From NCBI GenBank assembly GCA_002189035.1, contig NEEC01000014.1, positions 1,798,001-1,862,000 of the forward strand: a stretch of 64,000 nucleotides of DNA, written 5' to 3'. Position numbers and translations under genes: made by a program. Under the pieces are notes generated by a model. That model searched no databases. It was not told the origin of the DNA and saw nothing but the letters and a program-made list of their open reading frames with translations. Shown here in pieces: positions 37,399-51,114 of this stretch. Origin of the DNA: Utricularia gibba (taxonomy: Eukaryota; Plantae; Magnoliophyta). Numbering within the stretch: position 1 is the first letter of the stretch; each line of letters begins with the position of its first letter.

Positions 37399-38005
37399 AT
37401 GGGTAGCAAACAGGGAGAGGCAGGTTTTGGGCGGGAATATTCCGGAGATCAGATTTGTGAAAAGCGAAAAAGGATTATATCGAAATGTACCAGAATAAGA
37501 AACAGCGTGATCAGATTTCCTGTGAGGAGCATTCGGATAAGAAGAAAAAAATAGAAGGGGAGAAGACTTTTGAAAGGCACAAGAATGAGAATCCGTATGA
37601 TCTTTCTGCCGTGCGTACCTCATCGATTAACAAGCCATCGTGAGATTCCGTGGAGAGGAAGAAAAGGCGAAGGCTTTGGATAAGGAAAGACAGGAAGGAA
37701 GTGTGCAGAATACTGATTTGGAATGTGGGAGGCGGGATGATGTAGTGGAAAACCGTGGGGTGGGATAAAAATATTGCCTGAGATTCGTAAGGGGTCTTGA
37801 TGCAAGTTTTAGGGAGTTTGCTGCAATGGAAATGGTTGCAGAGTCATGAAATGTGCAGGATGTGTTTGAGAAATTGGAAGATAAAGCCGCGGTTGAGGAT
37901 AAATCGAAACTTGAAGCCGAAAGGAACGAAGGCTTGAACAACTGTGCACCACCTGTGAGATACGCTGTGAGGAGACTTATTCCTCGTTTGTCATCATCGA
38001 GAGAG
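37399..38005 (+). pseudogene. Decayed K/E-rich coding-like relic of unknown origin
   Basis: An ATG-initiated purine-rich frame that needs two frameshifts and reads through two in-frame stops (TAA about 37766, TGA about 37847), ending at a GAG|GTGAG donor-like site. Confidence 0.3.
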
Positions 38006-39286
38006 GTGAGATTATTTATTTTAGGAAAATGAAATTCCTAGCCTTTAGCTAATGGGATTTTTGCAGCTAGGTACCGTTTTTATATACCTTGTGATCGCTG
38101 GAACAGGCGTGGTTTCATGTGGAATATCATAAAATTTCCTGATAAATTTTGTTTTTTTTTTTCGCGATCGTTTTTTTGTGCAGTTACCTGATAATGTTGT
38201 AGCTCACTGTTTTAATTAGCAAGGTTTCATGCATCAAGCCACAGTCTTTGTTAAAATTCATTACCAGTTTGCTGGAAATCTCTTCTTCCATGAAAGAACA
38301 GATGGGAAGATGCGTTGTGGTGTAGCTGTTCGAGTTGTGAAATCGGCTACCTGAAATTAGCGCTTGTCATATAGGAGGCTACTGGGGGGTTTTGTTTGCG
38401 TATGGAGCTATTGCGAGAATATTCGAGGAAAAGAAGAATCAAGAAGCTCCCTGCCCTTCCTTACTTTTACCTGCACGAAAATCCAGGCAAATTCATTTAC
38501 ATCTGTCATTGAGAGCTGAATTGTGTGATTCTTAGGCTTAGTTTTTCGGTGTTGGTCGACAAGTAATGGTCTTTACTGATCCATTTGAAGGCAGTTGAGA
38601 TATTTTCGAACCTGGCTCATGCATTTGCAGATCCACAAACTTAAGGAAGTGACAGCTTGGTCAACGAATATGGGGATTATTCAGAAGAAAATATTCAAAT
38701 CCAAGGACTATCCTAAAGGGGAATCCGCGCAGCTTTCTGAACGAAAATGGGCGAGGCCACGCGGGTGGCTGGATTGTGTTGTAATGCAACATCATAAATT
38801 TTGTTTGTATTTTTGCTTTTTTATGTTGATGTTTTCAACCTGTCCAAACGTGTTCATAAACTGATGAAGACATCAAACAGAAGATGAGATTTTGGGAAGA
38901 AATGTATCAGAAGATACCATCGTGCTGAACATTTTTATGCTGGATTGGGATGCCTCTCTATGCGTTGACTGTGAAGAACCCGGCTCGTGTTTCTTCAAAA
39001 TCCACGGCTTTGGTTGTTGCCAAGCAATAAATGACTGGAGCGTCGCTTTAAAATCTGGGATCCACCTGTGCTGCTTGTTGTTCAACCTCACCGTCGTAGT
39101 ACTTCTACATTTATGTGCAGTATTGCAGTTCCGTAATCGCACGCTGACTTCGCCAATTAGGGGATTTATGTGGGTTTTTTCATCAGCCATTTCGGCATAA
39201 TATTTAGTTTTGCTGTTTGGTTGTTGAGCTGAATTCCTGAGTTTGCTTTCGATAACATTTTGGTGGACATAAGCTTCAGATCGCAA

Positions 39287-42200
39287 ATGGGGAAGAAGGT
39301 GATGCAGCCGGCGGATAAGGTTGACTTGACTACTGTAAAGTACCTGAATGAACAAGTTGAAGGTGACCGGCAGGCGGTTGATTGTGTCTGATTTTTTTCT
39401 TGTTTTTTGGTAGCGTTTACAGTCTGGGATTGGTTTTTTGGTTTTTCATTTGTAGTCGCAGCGCCGCATTTGACTGGATTTCGGCTCAAGCTCTTTGTGA
39501 AGTTGATCGAGGCACCGATTATTGGGTCCTTGATCATTTCGCATTTGAAAAAAGAGAACAAAATGACCGAGGTGATCGCTTCTTCTTACCCGTGTTATTT
39601 TTTTCCCTGTTGGAAACTATCAGATTTTTTACATGATCTGCTCCACTGTTTTGCGAGGATCTTAAATGTTATTCATTATTGCCGTTTACAGATACTTAGG
39701 AATACTGTAATCCCAGAGATCCCGATGTTTAAACCTGAGTTTCCTCCTCAAGGTATGCTTTGTGATTTTTCTGGCGATTCTGTATGCTAGTTGTAGACGA
39801 CATAATTCTTGAGTCGGAAGAGAAAATGTCACTCATGGATGCCGTACCTCATGCTTCTTGGTAGGTCTTCAATTAGTGTCTGTGAGTGAGTGAAATTTGG
39901 AATCTCCGTTAAACTGTTTCTTTGTAAAAGAAAGGTATCATTATCATTTGCTGTTAGGTATATGAACTTCATTGCTTGCTGCCTTTGAGTAATGGGCGAT
40001 TGCCCAAACGTGTGTATACCAGAGAAGGATCGTCAATCCTCTGCAGTGTTAACTGAACTAGAAACAATGTTGCACCTATTCACAGAACGATTTCTCACTA
40101 CTTTTTAGTTGTGATTCAGTTTGCATTATTAATGGGTGGTGAAGAGACTGATGAACTTTCATCATTGTTTGTGATCTAAGAGCTGGTTAATTTATGATTG
40201 TTTAAACTTGCAAATCAGAACCCGAAACTGATGTTCTTCAAGTAGACGAGGACAGAGAGCCAGAAGAGAGGGTTGAATCAGCCCTAAAGTGTCTTCCGGA
40301 GTATGATCCCTCTAGGAGTTTGAATTGTGATTCTTCTTCAAGTTTTTTCTATTGGAAGATTCGGGATTATGCACATGCCTACAGATCAAAGCTAGCAACA
40401 CCATCAATTGTGAGTTGATGAATTGGCATCTGCACCTGTTATTCCCTTACACTTGACTGGTGCCATAAATTTGTTTCTAGGTTGCAGAGCGATTCATATC
40501 CGCTATTGATGAGTTTAAGAATAAGAATCCTAAGGCCCCACTATTGCTTTCTTACGACCCAGAACTTATAAGAGAGCAAGCTGCAGCCTCTACACGAAGA
40601 TTTGAGGAAGGCATGTTTACAATTGAGATTTCCATATTTAATTTACAATTGTGGAAGTTCAAGTTATGTGATTCCTTTGTTTATTTCCATCAGGGAACCC
40701 GCTATCCATCCTTGATGGGATTTTCATGGCAATTAAGGATGATATTGACTGTTTTCCTCATCCTTCAAAAGGTTTTTACTTGTGCTTTCGATATTGATAA
40801 ATGGCGTGAGAAGGATTTTCTAATGCTTCATAACAAAAAGGTGGATCTACCTACATTCATGAGGAACGTTGCGTCAAAGAGGATGCAGCATCAGTTGCAA
40901 GCTTGCGCCGCTGTGGTGTGATAATGGTTGGAAAGGCAAATATGCATGAATTTGGTTTGGGTGTATCAGGAAATAATCCAAATTATGGGTGCGTTACATG
41001 ATTTTGTCACTTAAGAGTGTTTTTGTTCATTGGTAACTGTTTAATACACGCCAGAAACATATTTCTATCTTTTAGTTGTGCTAGTCTGACACTTTATATT
41101 GACCCTCAATCATGACATTGTTTTATGGGTTGCAGTTATCTAGACATTGAATCACATGAAAGCATTTTTCCAACACCACTATCTTTTGCTGCATGCATTC
41201 CAGTTAGCATATCAAACCTGTCTGTATATATATTATTCTTTATTATGTGACTGTTGATACGCTATGCAAAGTAGTTTTAGCACCTTTGAGTTCATTTTAG
41301 TTGATAATTGATTTGTACTTTTTAATTCAAACCAGCAGAAATTTTCTCACCTATGTCCTAAAATTCACTTAAGATATCTATTTTTTTCTGTAGCACAACA
41401 AGAAATCCACATGCTCCGGACAGATATACTGGTGGGTCATCCTCGGGTCCAGCAGCAATTGTTGCATCTGGTTTATGTGTTGCAGCATTGGGAACAGATG
41501 GAGGAGGTTGTGATGTGTTTCATCAAATTTATGATGTTTCTTTCACTGAATGATACAAGAGAACACGATTTTACTTTAATTTTGAATACAGGTTCAGTTC
41601 GCATTCCATCATCTCTTTGTGGAGTAGTTGGACTGAAATCAACTTATGGAAGAACTTCTATGGAAGGGTAAGCTTATTATCTTTTTATCCTGCATTTTTT
41701 AGTATTTCTTTAGTGTTTATAGTTGCTAGGAGAACTTTATGACACGAATAAATTTCTGTTCGTAGCAGCTCCTTGTGCGATTCTGGAACTGTTGAGATTA
41801 TTGGTCCTATCACAACATCAGTTGAGGACTCTATACTTGTGTAAGTTAATGCCATTTATCATGACTTTACACAAGTTACATTTTCACTCTCTCTGGAAAA
41901 CATTGTGAAAGTATGACTTATGTCAACACAATGTTTAACCTACATATTTTTCTTAGCCTTTTTTTAAGTGTATAACCTGTTGTCTAAAATAATTCGTTTT
42001 CATTATTCAGGTACTCAGCAATTTCAAGGTCATCAACTGCTCAAAGAATTGCCATGAAACCTGTAATATCCTGAAACATGATTTTTCAAATTTTAAAAAC
42101 TTCTTCCTTCATTTGTGTGTGTGTGTGTGTGTGTCCGTACTGTAGTCAAACATTTGAAGGCACCCAACGTTAACAGTATTATCAGGGTCTTTGATAATGA

Positions 42201-43887
42201 CATCCAACTTTAACAGTATTTTTTTTTTCCCTTTTGCAGTCTCCACCTTGTTTCCCTATCTTAAATAATGAGAGTGTAGCTGCTCTTGGTTCATTCAGAT
42301 TAGGAAAGTATAGAGACGTAAGTAATCAATTCATTTATGCTTGCTACGATTGAATAACAGTGAATCAGGATTCTACATGTGCAGTGGTTCAATGATGTGG
42401 TTACTTCTGACATATCTGATAAGTGTGAGGACATTCTCAATCGTTTGGCTGAAACTCATGGATGTGAAGTACGTACATCATTTACTTATCATTTTGTAGC
42501 TTGGATTGCTTATATGAAAGCATAATTCTTTTTTTCATGCTTCAATTTTTGGTTTGATGTGAAAGACTGTGGAGATTGTTATACCAGAGCTCGTTGAGAT
42601 GCGCAATGCTCATGTAGTTTCAATTGGCTCTGAGTCTGCCTGTGGATTAAGTCCTGATTATGAAAATGGGTAAGTCAGTTACCCTTCCTCCAGATGGAAG
42701 TAATGCTGTATGATAATTGTCATGTAATGCTTTGTAAGATCAGAGCCTTGCAATGTGAACGAATATATACTCCTGTATAGGAAAAAGGTGAAGCTTACAC
42801 TAGATACACGGACAAGCTTAGCACTTTTCAGGTCATTTTCGGCTGCGGACTATGTTGCTGCTCAATGTCTCAGGTTAGCAGAAGTTCTTGAAAGTATTGT
42901 TCACTGGGAAACTGTGAGTTCGTAAAACATCTTTATGCTGATCATTACCAACTCATCTTTCAACTGTAGGAGGAGGCTTATGTACTATCACACAGAGATA
43001 TTTAAAAAAGTGGATGTGATTGTCACCCCAACCACTGGGTATGATGATAAAACCTTCTGCAACATTTCGCTCTCTATTTGTTCCACTTAGTATTTTGAGT
43101 TTTTTCACAACCAGTTCCTGTAACCAAACAGCCTTTACTCTTAACCGTAAATGGAGTTTCTCTATCTGTTATGCATAAAGTTGCAATCTTTTCTGTAAAG
43201 CTACCGTGATTTCGAGTTGCAGCATCTATGAGGAAGATATTTGAATTGTGATTATGCTGATTTTAGCTTGTCTCATTTCACCAGGATGACAGCACCTTTA
43301 ATACCTCCCTCTTCACTTAGTTATGGGGAGACGGATTTCAACGTTGCAGGTTGGTTGAAACATGAATGGAAGTTTAGGCAGTTGATAATGAATTCAGTCA
43401 TTCAGCATAAATCGTTCCAATATGACCTGTAGCATAAATCTTTTGATCTTCCTGTATGACTTCAGCATGTACTTTTCAGGACATATTATGAGATTCGTCG
43501 TAACAGCAAATTTTCTTGGATTTCCAGCGATTTCTGTCCCTGTAAGTAATCTGATTGTCCATCTTTTTCTTTGAATAGTCTGCCAAACTTACCTTTTTCA
43601 AGTCACCGTAAGTTCAATACGAATACACATGCCTTGAGTGAGCATACTTTGACATGTTATTCTTAGGTTGGGTATGACAAGCAAGGGCTCCCTATCGGCC
43701 TCCAGATCATTGGCCGCCCATGGAGCGAAGCTACCATTTTACGCCTGGCTGCTGCCATTGAGGTGGGATCATGAACTCCCGCAATGCATGAAACGTATGA
43801 ATGACAATGGAGCTTATTGCATTTCAGGATCTTTGCTCAACGAAAAAGAAACCAGTGCAATACTATGACCTTCTAAGAGGTGATTAA
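39287..43887 (+). CDS. FAAH: Fatty acid amide hydrolase (N-acylethanolamine amidohydrolase), about 19 exons, intact
   Basis: APHLTGF, AIKDDID (catalytic Lys), GKANMHEFG, GGSSSG, GTDGGGSVRIP, and GLPIGLQIIGRPW. All junctions are in frame. Confidence 0.95.
42115..42134. repeat. (GT)10 microsatellite in a FAAH intron
   Basis: Read directly from the sequence. Confidence 0.9.
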
Positions 43888-44187
43888 AACGGGGTGCTGC
43901 GCCAGCCAGTGTGAAGAAGATAGCCTGGTGACTGGTTCATTTTCCTTGAGTTTTAGGAACCACATGGAGCTAATAACTGGGCTGCTCAGTCATTCAAATG
44001 TACTGCCAATAATTGCGGAAAATGGTTGCATTGATGCTATGCTTTTACTGCAACTTAGATTAACCTGAAACATGCTTTATATTGGATTCCTTGTGTACAT
44101 GAATGAAGAACTTGAGAACAAGAATTTCACACACAATAGCCTTCTGTCGAATCGTACTACAGCATGTTGCTGGCAAAATTTATCTGT

Positions 44188-46170
44188 TCACTGCTTGAGC
44201 TTTTCATCATCATTTACAGAGTTGGGAGTATCTTTCTCCTGATGCTTCTCATTAGTAGCAGCATGATTCGGAGGAACATAACCGATATAATTCGATGCTG
44301 TGGAAGAATCACTCCCGCTGATGCTACCAAATGAAAAATGGAGAATTTATCTTAAACTGAACTTCAGCTAGAATTCCTGTTCAGAGGCTCGAATTGTAAA
44401 ACATCAGTCACCAACCTCTTGTTGATGATGACCATGGAGCGTATCTCACAGTTCGCAAAACTGCGACCATGATTGCAGACCAGAGTTACCATGGATGGAT
44501 ATCTGATATCTGAAACTTCAAATCAGAAGCCAAAACAGGGAGATGAAGATGATTACTTACGGTATTCCCTTCCTCATTGGAGGATGGCACTGGTTTCCGA
44601 AAGCAGCTAGGGTATGAAACAAGAATCCTCTATGGGTGACAATTGCTATCTCCTTCTCTTTCCTTGTGAACAGCCTGTGGGAAATGATGACTAAGAATCA
44701 AGAGAGCCAAAGGTGCAAAGGAAACTGCAGTTCAGTGGATTATTTCTATCATAAAAATGAAGAGTTTGTGAAGAATTTTCTATTCATATCATATGAAGTC
44801 AAGGAAGCAACAGCATTCACCAGGTGAAGAACTCGATTCCCCTGGCTGCCAGTTCTTCTTTGCTTTCTCGTATGTCAGCTTTCCATAAAACATCATCATT
44901 GCTCTCTATCTAATGAAGCTAAACAAATTGAATTGGAGGACCATTTCCTTGAATTCTATCTCAATCATTTCTACTTGTACTTTCAAAAATAACTCAGAGG
45001 TGATCAGAATGCTTACCAGGGAAAAATCAACTGCAGGAAAGAGACTTTTATACTCACTGATACTTCTTCTCTTATCGCAAGGAAGAACCCCCTATTTGAA
45101 TGTGGTCATGGCCAAGTTTCTGGTTCAGCACAATGATCAAAATAAAAAATGGCAACCTCTATAGACCATAGCCTTACCAGGTGTTCTCTGCAGAGTTCTA
45201 CTGCAAGAATGGGAGGACAGTTCACACCAGAAACTGCTGATCTTCCGCTGTTTCCAGCTCCTTCCACCATCAGAGGTGCCACATCCCCCTATCTGGATGG
45301 TCGTCGCTTCCAAATACTCCAACAGCAGTTTGAATGGTTCTATGAATTCAAGATGATATAACAATATCCTGAGTTCATGCAGAAATTTGGATCAAAGATG
45401 GAATGATCATCCACTGTCTTCAAATGGAAAACAATTGGGAATACAGAAAAAAATGAAAACCACAAATATTAGGGGAACTACAGATACAACCTTAACAAGG
45501 GAGACGTGATCACCAACTCAACTTTCTTGATCAGCCCGCTCTCATAAACATGACGATGTAAGCTGTCCACCTGAACCATATCAAAGCAATTTAGTTGAAT
45601 ATAAGTTGTGCAGAAGCTGTATGGTGATGAACCACTGCCTGCGTACTTGCTGCCAGCCCAGAGGAGTAAGATGAGCATCAAAATATTCAGGAGACAGTAA
45701 CGATTTGACGTTTTTATCTCCTTCAACATTGTGGATCCCTTGACCATGCCTCACCTAAAAATACAACAATCATTTTTATTAATATTATAGATTTCACCAT
45801 AGACGTAATCTAGCTTGCATCAGTGCCTGATTGGAGCAACAATTACTTTTATGCATCTTAAAAGTAGAGCATAGGGAAGAAAGGGTTGTAAGGAACATTA
45901 TTTGCAGATAAATTTTCCTTTTGAATCCCATAAAAGAAACAGCAATTCCCAGCATGGAAGATAATCCCTTGTACACACACTGGTACAACATATACAAAAC
46001 ACCAAATATCCAACCAGTGAGATAATACCATCCTGCAAATTCTAGTTATTAGAGTAAGTTCACACAATCCAACGATGAAAAAGCTGCAATGGAATTCTAA
46101 TTATACGAACCAGGTGAATTGTTTTTGACCAATGCAGGGGAAACAAGCTCAGGGTGCCCCCATTGTCCAT
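44188..46170 (-). CDS. Phosphoglycerate mutase-like (histidine phosphatase superfamily) protein; apparent -1 frameshift at 45285-45289
   Basis: MDNGGTLSLFPLHWSKTIHL|VRHGQGIHN, ELVITSPLLR, VELCREHL|GVLPCDKRR, EIAIVTH, and FANCEIRSM. Confidence 0.88.
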
Positions 46171-47426
46171 GTTCCCTTGCACCTAACAAGTTCAGATACA
46201 ATTACCATATAAGCTGAAAAACATGGGCAGCAGTAAATACCTGAAAGTGAGCAATTCAGACAAGTTTTTTACTGGTTACAGCATCCAGTTACTAGAAACC
46301 TATGCTACTAGTGTTTGATGAAGTTACAAGAAGAGGCAGAAGAACCCAAGTTCAGGACTATCGAAACAACTGGGAACACAAAAAAGCTACCGACTTTGGA
46401 GTCAAACTGTTGCAACCCCCAAGAAACGAAGAAAAATTCACAATTCCCAGACCAAAACGCAAACTTGGCAACAGAAAGCGCACTTACAGATCAAACAGAG
46501 AAAAGCAGGAGGATGATGGAGGTTCAAGATTGGCTTATGAGAAGTTCCCCCTTTTAATTTTTGTGGCTAAACCACTGCTTATTCAGATTGAAATTTCCTC
46601 ACCACACCTTTCGAATCTCTTGTACTCGTTATTTTGACCACTTTCCCACAGTCTACTGTACCCATTAAATTCCTTTTTTTACAGTTTTTGCCTCTCCCAC
46701 AACCTTCAGCCCAAAACCAACTGTTTATCCATGGCCATGTTAGGTGCAGAGAGAAGACGAATCTCCCATGTCCAGTCATGTGGCTGCTGTCCAAAAAGTG
46801 GTGGCCTGGACCCTTGCTTTTATCTTCTCCTCGATTCTCTTCCCCTCAGTCCACTAATATAAAAACAACAATATTTAATTTGGATTATCTGAAATAATCC
46901 ACTAACATAAGACAATTGAGATTTAAATAATAATTATTATAAATACAACAATAATTATCATATGTTATATGCAAGATATTCCACTATTTCTAATATGAGT
47001 AACGCTTGAAACACTCAACAGTATAAATTGTAGATACATCTAATGGATTTTTCATACGATATCTTTAATATAAGATGCCATCCATATCTCATCCAAAGAT
47101 TTAATTTGTTTTAAATAAAAAAAGAAAGTAGAAAATGTTCCATGGACCGGGAATTGACCCGGATAGAGTCGGTGGTCACCTCACATGGTCAGCCAGCACA
47201 GGCTTCAGAGAGGCACGTGATGGGGTGGCGTTGCGGGGAATTAACATCGGAGCCCGGCTCACGGCCTCTGGGTCGCAGCTGGCTTCACGAGCCAACACAT
47301 GCGTGGATGATGGATCCTCAATTATTGGGTGAGAATAACGACAACCCCCACAATGCGTTCTTCATAAAAGAATGAATCTTGATAAAGATAGTGCTAGTGG
47401 CTGCATGCATTATGTATATAAAAATC

Positions 47427-47456
47427 GGGAAAAAGGGGTTGGGGGTGAGGGAGGGG
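47427..47456 (+). other. Canonical G-quadruplex-forming motif with five G-tracts, upstream of Spinster
   Basis: GGG-aaaaa-GGGG-tt-GGGGG-tga-GGG-a-GGGG. Confidence 0.6.
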
Positions 47457-47585
47457 AAAGGTAGAAGAGACCTGAGAAGCCATTAACGGGGAGGTCTCTC
47501 TTACTGTGTTGTTGGCGGCTACGGCATAGTCAGTCAGTCAGTCGGTCGTATAATATTTAGATTTTTGGAGTCATATATATTGGCA

Positions 47586-50500
47586 ATGATAGAAGAAAAG
47601 TCAGAGGTCCCAGATCAAACTGTGATTCAATCTGCAGCCGTGCATTCTGAGTCTGAGAAAGAGACAGCGAAGGCTATGGGCAGTGGCTCCGCTTCGTCGT
47701 CCGCTAGCCCACCTTGGTTTACCCCTGGAAGGTAATGTTTTCGGGGTTGTTGGTGTTTGTGGATTCATGACTTATTTTATTGAAATTATGAAAATCAATT
47801 GATAAAATTGAATCTTTTACCGCTTTTGCGATGTGGGTCTCTGCAAGAATTCTTGGGAGCTAACTGTTTTGAGTTGGTGTGGGGCGGGAGTTCTTTTTCA
47901 TGAAATCATTTTTGTATACACTTCGGAGTTTAATGTGTGAGTTTTCGATTTTGGCAGGCTGCTTGCAATCTTTTGTGTTATCAACCTGATTAATTATATC
48001 GATCGTGGAGCTATAGCCAGTAATGGAGTCAATGGAAGCCGTAGAACTTGCTCTGAAAGTGGTATCTGCTCACCCGGCTCTGGAATTCAGTATGCTTAAA
48101 TTCCGTCTATTTCATCTGTCTCCCTTTCGTTCCAGTTTCGGCGTTTCTTGAGTTCCCTCGAGGGTAGCACTATAGAGATGGAAAAGTTTCTAGGATTACA
48201 TTATTTCTATTTATTTGTGCAGAGGCCAATTTAACCTGAATAATTTTGAAGACGGAGTTATATCATCAGCCTTCATGGTTGGGCTTCTTGTGGCATCTCC
48301 AATATTTGCGTCTTCAGCCAAATGGTAACAGATGACTTCATTGGGAAAAAAGATTTTTTTTTAATAAACGAAAGTAGGAATAAAGTTGGATAAGACTTGA
48401 CTATTTGTTGTTGCAACTAACTCGGAATACCTTCTTTGGATATATGAGGTTGAGAAGACTTGAGATAAATCTTTTTGTTCTGATCGAGGTGTGGCAGCTA
48501 TCTATGCTTCTCACTTCATACAAACTATCTCTCTTACAGTGTCAACCCTTTTCGGCTCATTGGAGTTGGGCTGACAATTTGGACACTTGCAGTTGCTTTT
48601 TGTGGATTCTCATTTAACTTTTGGTCCATCGCTATTGCTCGCATGTGAGTTAAATACTCAGATTTGGATTTGTGAAAAAAAAAATGTGTCTTTTTTTCAT
48701 GCTCTTATTTTCTTTCTCAAGGTTTGTTGGTGTTGGTGAAGCTTCATTTATAAGTCTAGCGCCTCCATTCATTGACGACAATGCACCAGCTTCAAAGGTG
48801 TAGTTATCATCCTAAGTGCATATTGCTAGTGTAGATTAACAGTTGTTTTTCTGACATACCATTTGTTGTGACAGAGGACTGCATGGCTAGGAGCCTTTTA
48901 CATGTGTATACCCACGGGAGTTGCTGTAGGATATCTTTATGGCGGATTGGTATTAACCTTAAGTAATTGCTTTATAAAGTTCTGCAGCTAACCAAAATCC
49001 CCTCCTCTCTGTTACAAGCAGTTTTCCTTGATTGTAGATTGGTCATCATGGCTGGCGTTGGGCTTTCTGGATAGAGGCAATTTTAATGCTCCCCTTTGCA
49101 ATTTTTGGCTTCTGGATGAAACCATTATATATGAAAGGTAAATTTTAGAGATTGCTTTAACTCGTACACTGATTTCTTAAGAGCACTCTGCGATGATAAT
49201 GGATGTTACATAAAAGGTTTCCTTCCTGTGGGATCTGGAGCTCAGAAATCATTGATAGGCAGTGATGAATGCCTGGTGGGTGAAGGTACTTTTCCCAGGC
49301 ATTAATTATCTCCTTCTGAAGTATTGAACTTTCAACAACGGGAGTAATGCTAATAATATGTGAAGGTACGGGAACTAACAGAAGTGAAATTTCCCCACTT
49401 GAAGTTTCCAGGTGTTCTGTGTGAGTGACTATCTTTTGGGTCAAGAGACCATGGCAAATGAGGTCATTTCATTGTTTGAACAGTAATTAATCTTACTGGA
49501 TTCTTCAACTGCCAGGTCTTCAGCTACAACAACGTTTCTAGGAGATATGAAAGTGCTTTTGCTTGAGAAAGTTTTTGTGGTGAATGTTCTGGGTAAATAT
49601 ACACCTATTTGCATTGCAGAAGCCTTTAACTCAGAACTTCCAGCACATGTCTTATGCTCATTATCGCGGGCTTCTGTTGCAGGGTATATTGCATATAATT
49701 TTGTCATCGGTGCTTATTCTTACTGGGACCCAAGGCTGGTTATAACATTTACAACATGGTAAATCTTGAATGCCCTTCTGGAACGGTTCAAAAGGTGTTG
49801 ATCCTTTTTAACACTGCAAACTCCATGTGTAGAAAAATGCCGATTATGTCTTTGGAGGCGTTACAGCAGTCTGTGGAATATTGGGTTCACTGGCTGGTGG
49901 TCTTGTTCTTGATCTCATTAGTTCCACACTGCCTAATGCCTTTAAGGTGAGAGCGAAGTGATGATGTAACTTGGAAATCCTAGTTTGATCACATTATGCC
50001 TTTTCTGGTACTCTGCATGCAGCTTCTCTCTACTTCAACACTTGTTGGAGCAGCATTTTGCTTTGTGGCCTTCTGCATGAAAAGTTTATATGCTTTTCTT
50101 GCGCTTTTCGCGATCGGGGAGTTGCTGGTATTTGCTACACAGGTACTGCATCATGGATGCATTTGTTGATGGGATTTTTCTTTCAAATTCTATGCATTGT
50201 TTAAACCTTCGGGTACCAAACAGGCTCCTGTAAACTTTGTGTGCCTGCACTGTGTCACGCCTAGTCTCCGGCCATTATCCATGGCGATCTCCACCGTGTC
50301 AATCCATGTGTTCGGGGATGTCCCTTCCTCTCCCTTAGTTGGGCTTCTCCAGGTTCATTTTTTCAACCTTTATTTCTGTTCTTTTATTCATTTCCTTCTG
50401 TTTCAACTTGTTGGCGTCTTGTCTGCAGGATCGGATCAACAACTGGAGGAAAACTGCTCTTATCCTAACTTCCATTCTCTTCGTTGCTGCTATAATCTGG

Positions 50501-50717
50501 TTTTTAGGTAGGCTTTGTAAACACAAATGAGAGCTTTTACACACAAGGAACTTGGATGCATCATGACGCCTGGACGCTGACTGCTGTTGTTCTTGCAGGA
50601 ATTTTTCTCAAGAGTAGGGATAGGTACAATGATGAAAGCGAGAACCCTGGTGTTTCTCCAGTTGAAAAGGCGAATTCTACACCATTGCTCAAGGAAAATG
50701 GAGTAGACATTGCTTAG
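47586..50717 (+). CDS. Spinster-like MFS transporter (probable sphingolipid transporter spinster homologue), multi-exon
   Basis: PPWFTPG|RLLAIFCVINLINYIDRGAIASNGVNG, FMVGLLVASPIFAS, VGVGEASFISLAPPFIDD, and SIHVFGDVPSSPLVG. Confidence 0.92.
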
Positions 50718-51114
50718 CTCTTTCCCAGAACTCTAAATATTGAAACAGGGGCTCTGAGAATTGTCCATATAGTTAGCGCGTGTCGCTTGCAGCATCAGTC
50801 TCTTCCTGTTGTAGTCCCTAGCTGAATTACACTTCGCTTCTGTTTTCTTTCAAAGCTGCTAAAGCATTCCTTGACAAAATGAACAAATAATGAATTTGCT
50901 TGCTCTCATGTCACGGCCAAACCTGGATACAGTTCTACATGAATGAAAGATGGTTTGGAAGATGCCTAGATCCCCTTGCTCTCATGTATAAAAGAATGCA
51001 GAAGGTGCTTTACTGAAGTACAAAGATGACACACAGAAAGGTAACAAATGCATTAGCACACACCACACTGGTTCCAAATTCATAGTGGGAAGATGCTGAA
51101 ATGGAGTACTGTCG

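Noticed and set aside
38860-38935. TGATGA..CTGA C/D-box-like pair
   Set aside because: No terminal stem and no recognisable rRNA-antisense guide.
47135-47375. Short GC-richer ORFs between the PGM-like and Spinster genes
   Set aside because: No recognisable motif or splice context; most likely divergent-promoter sequence.
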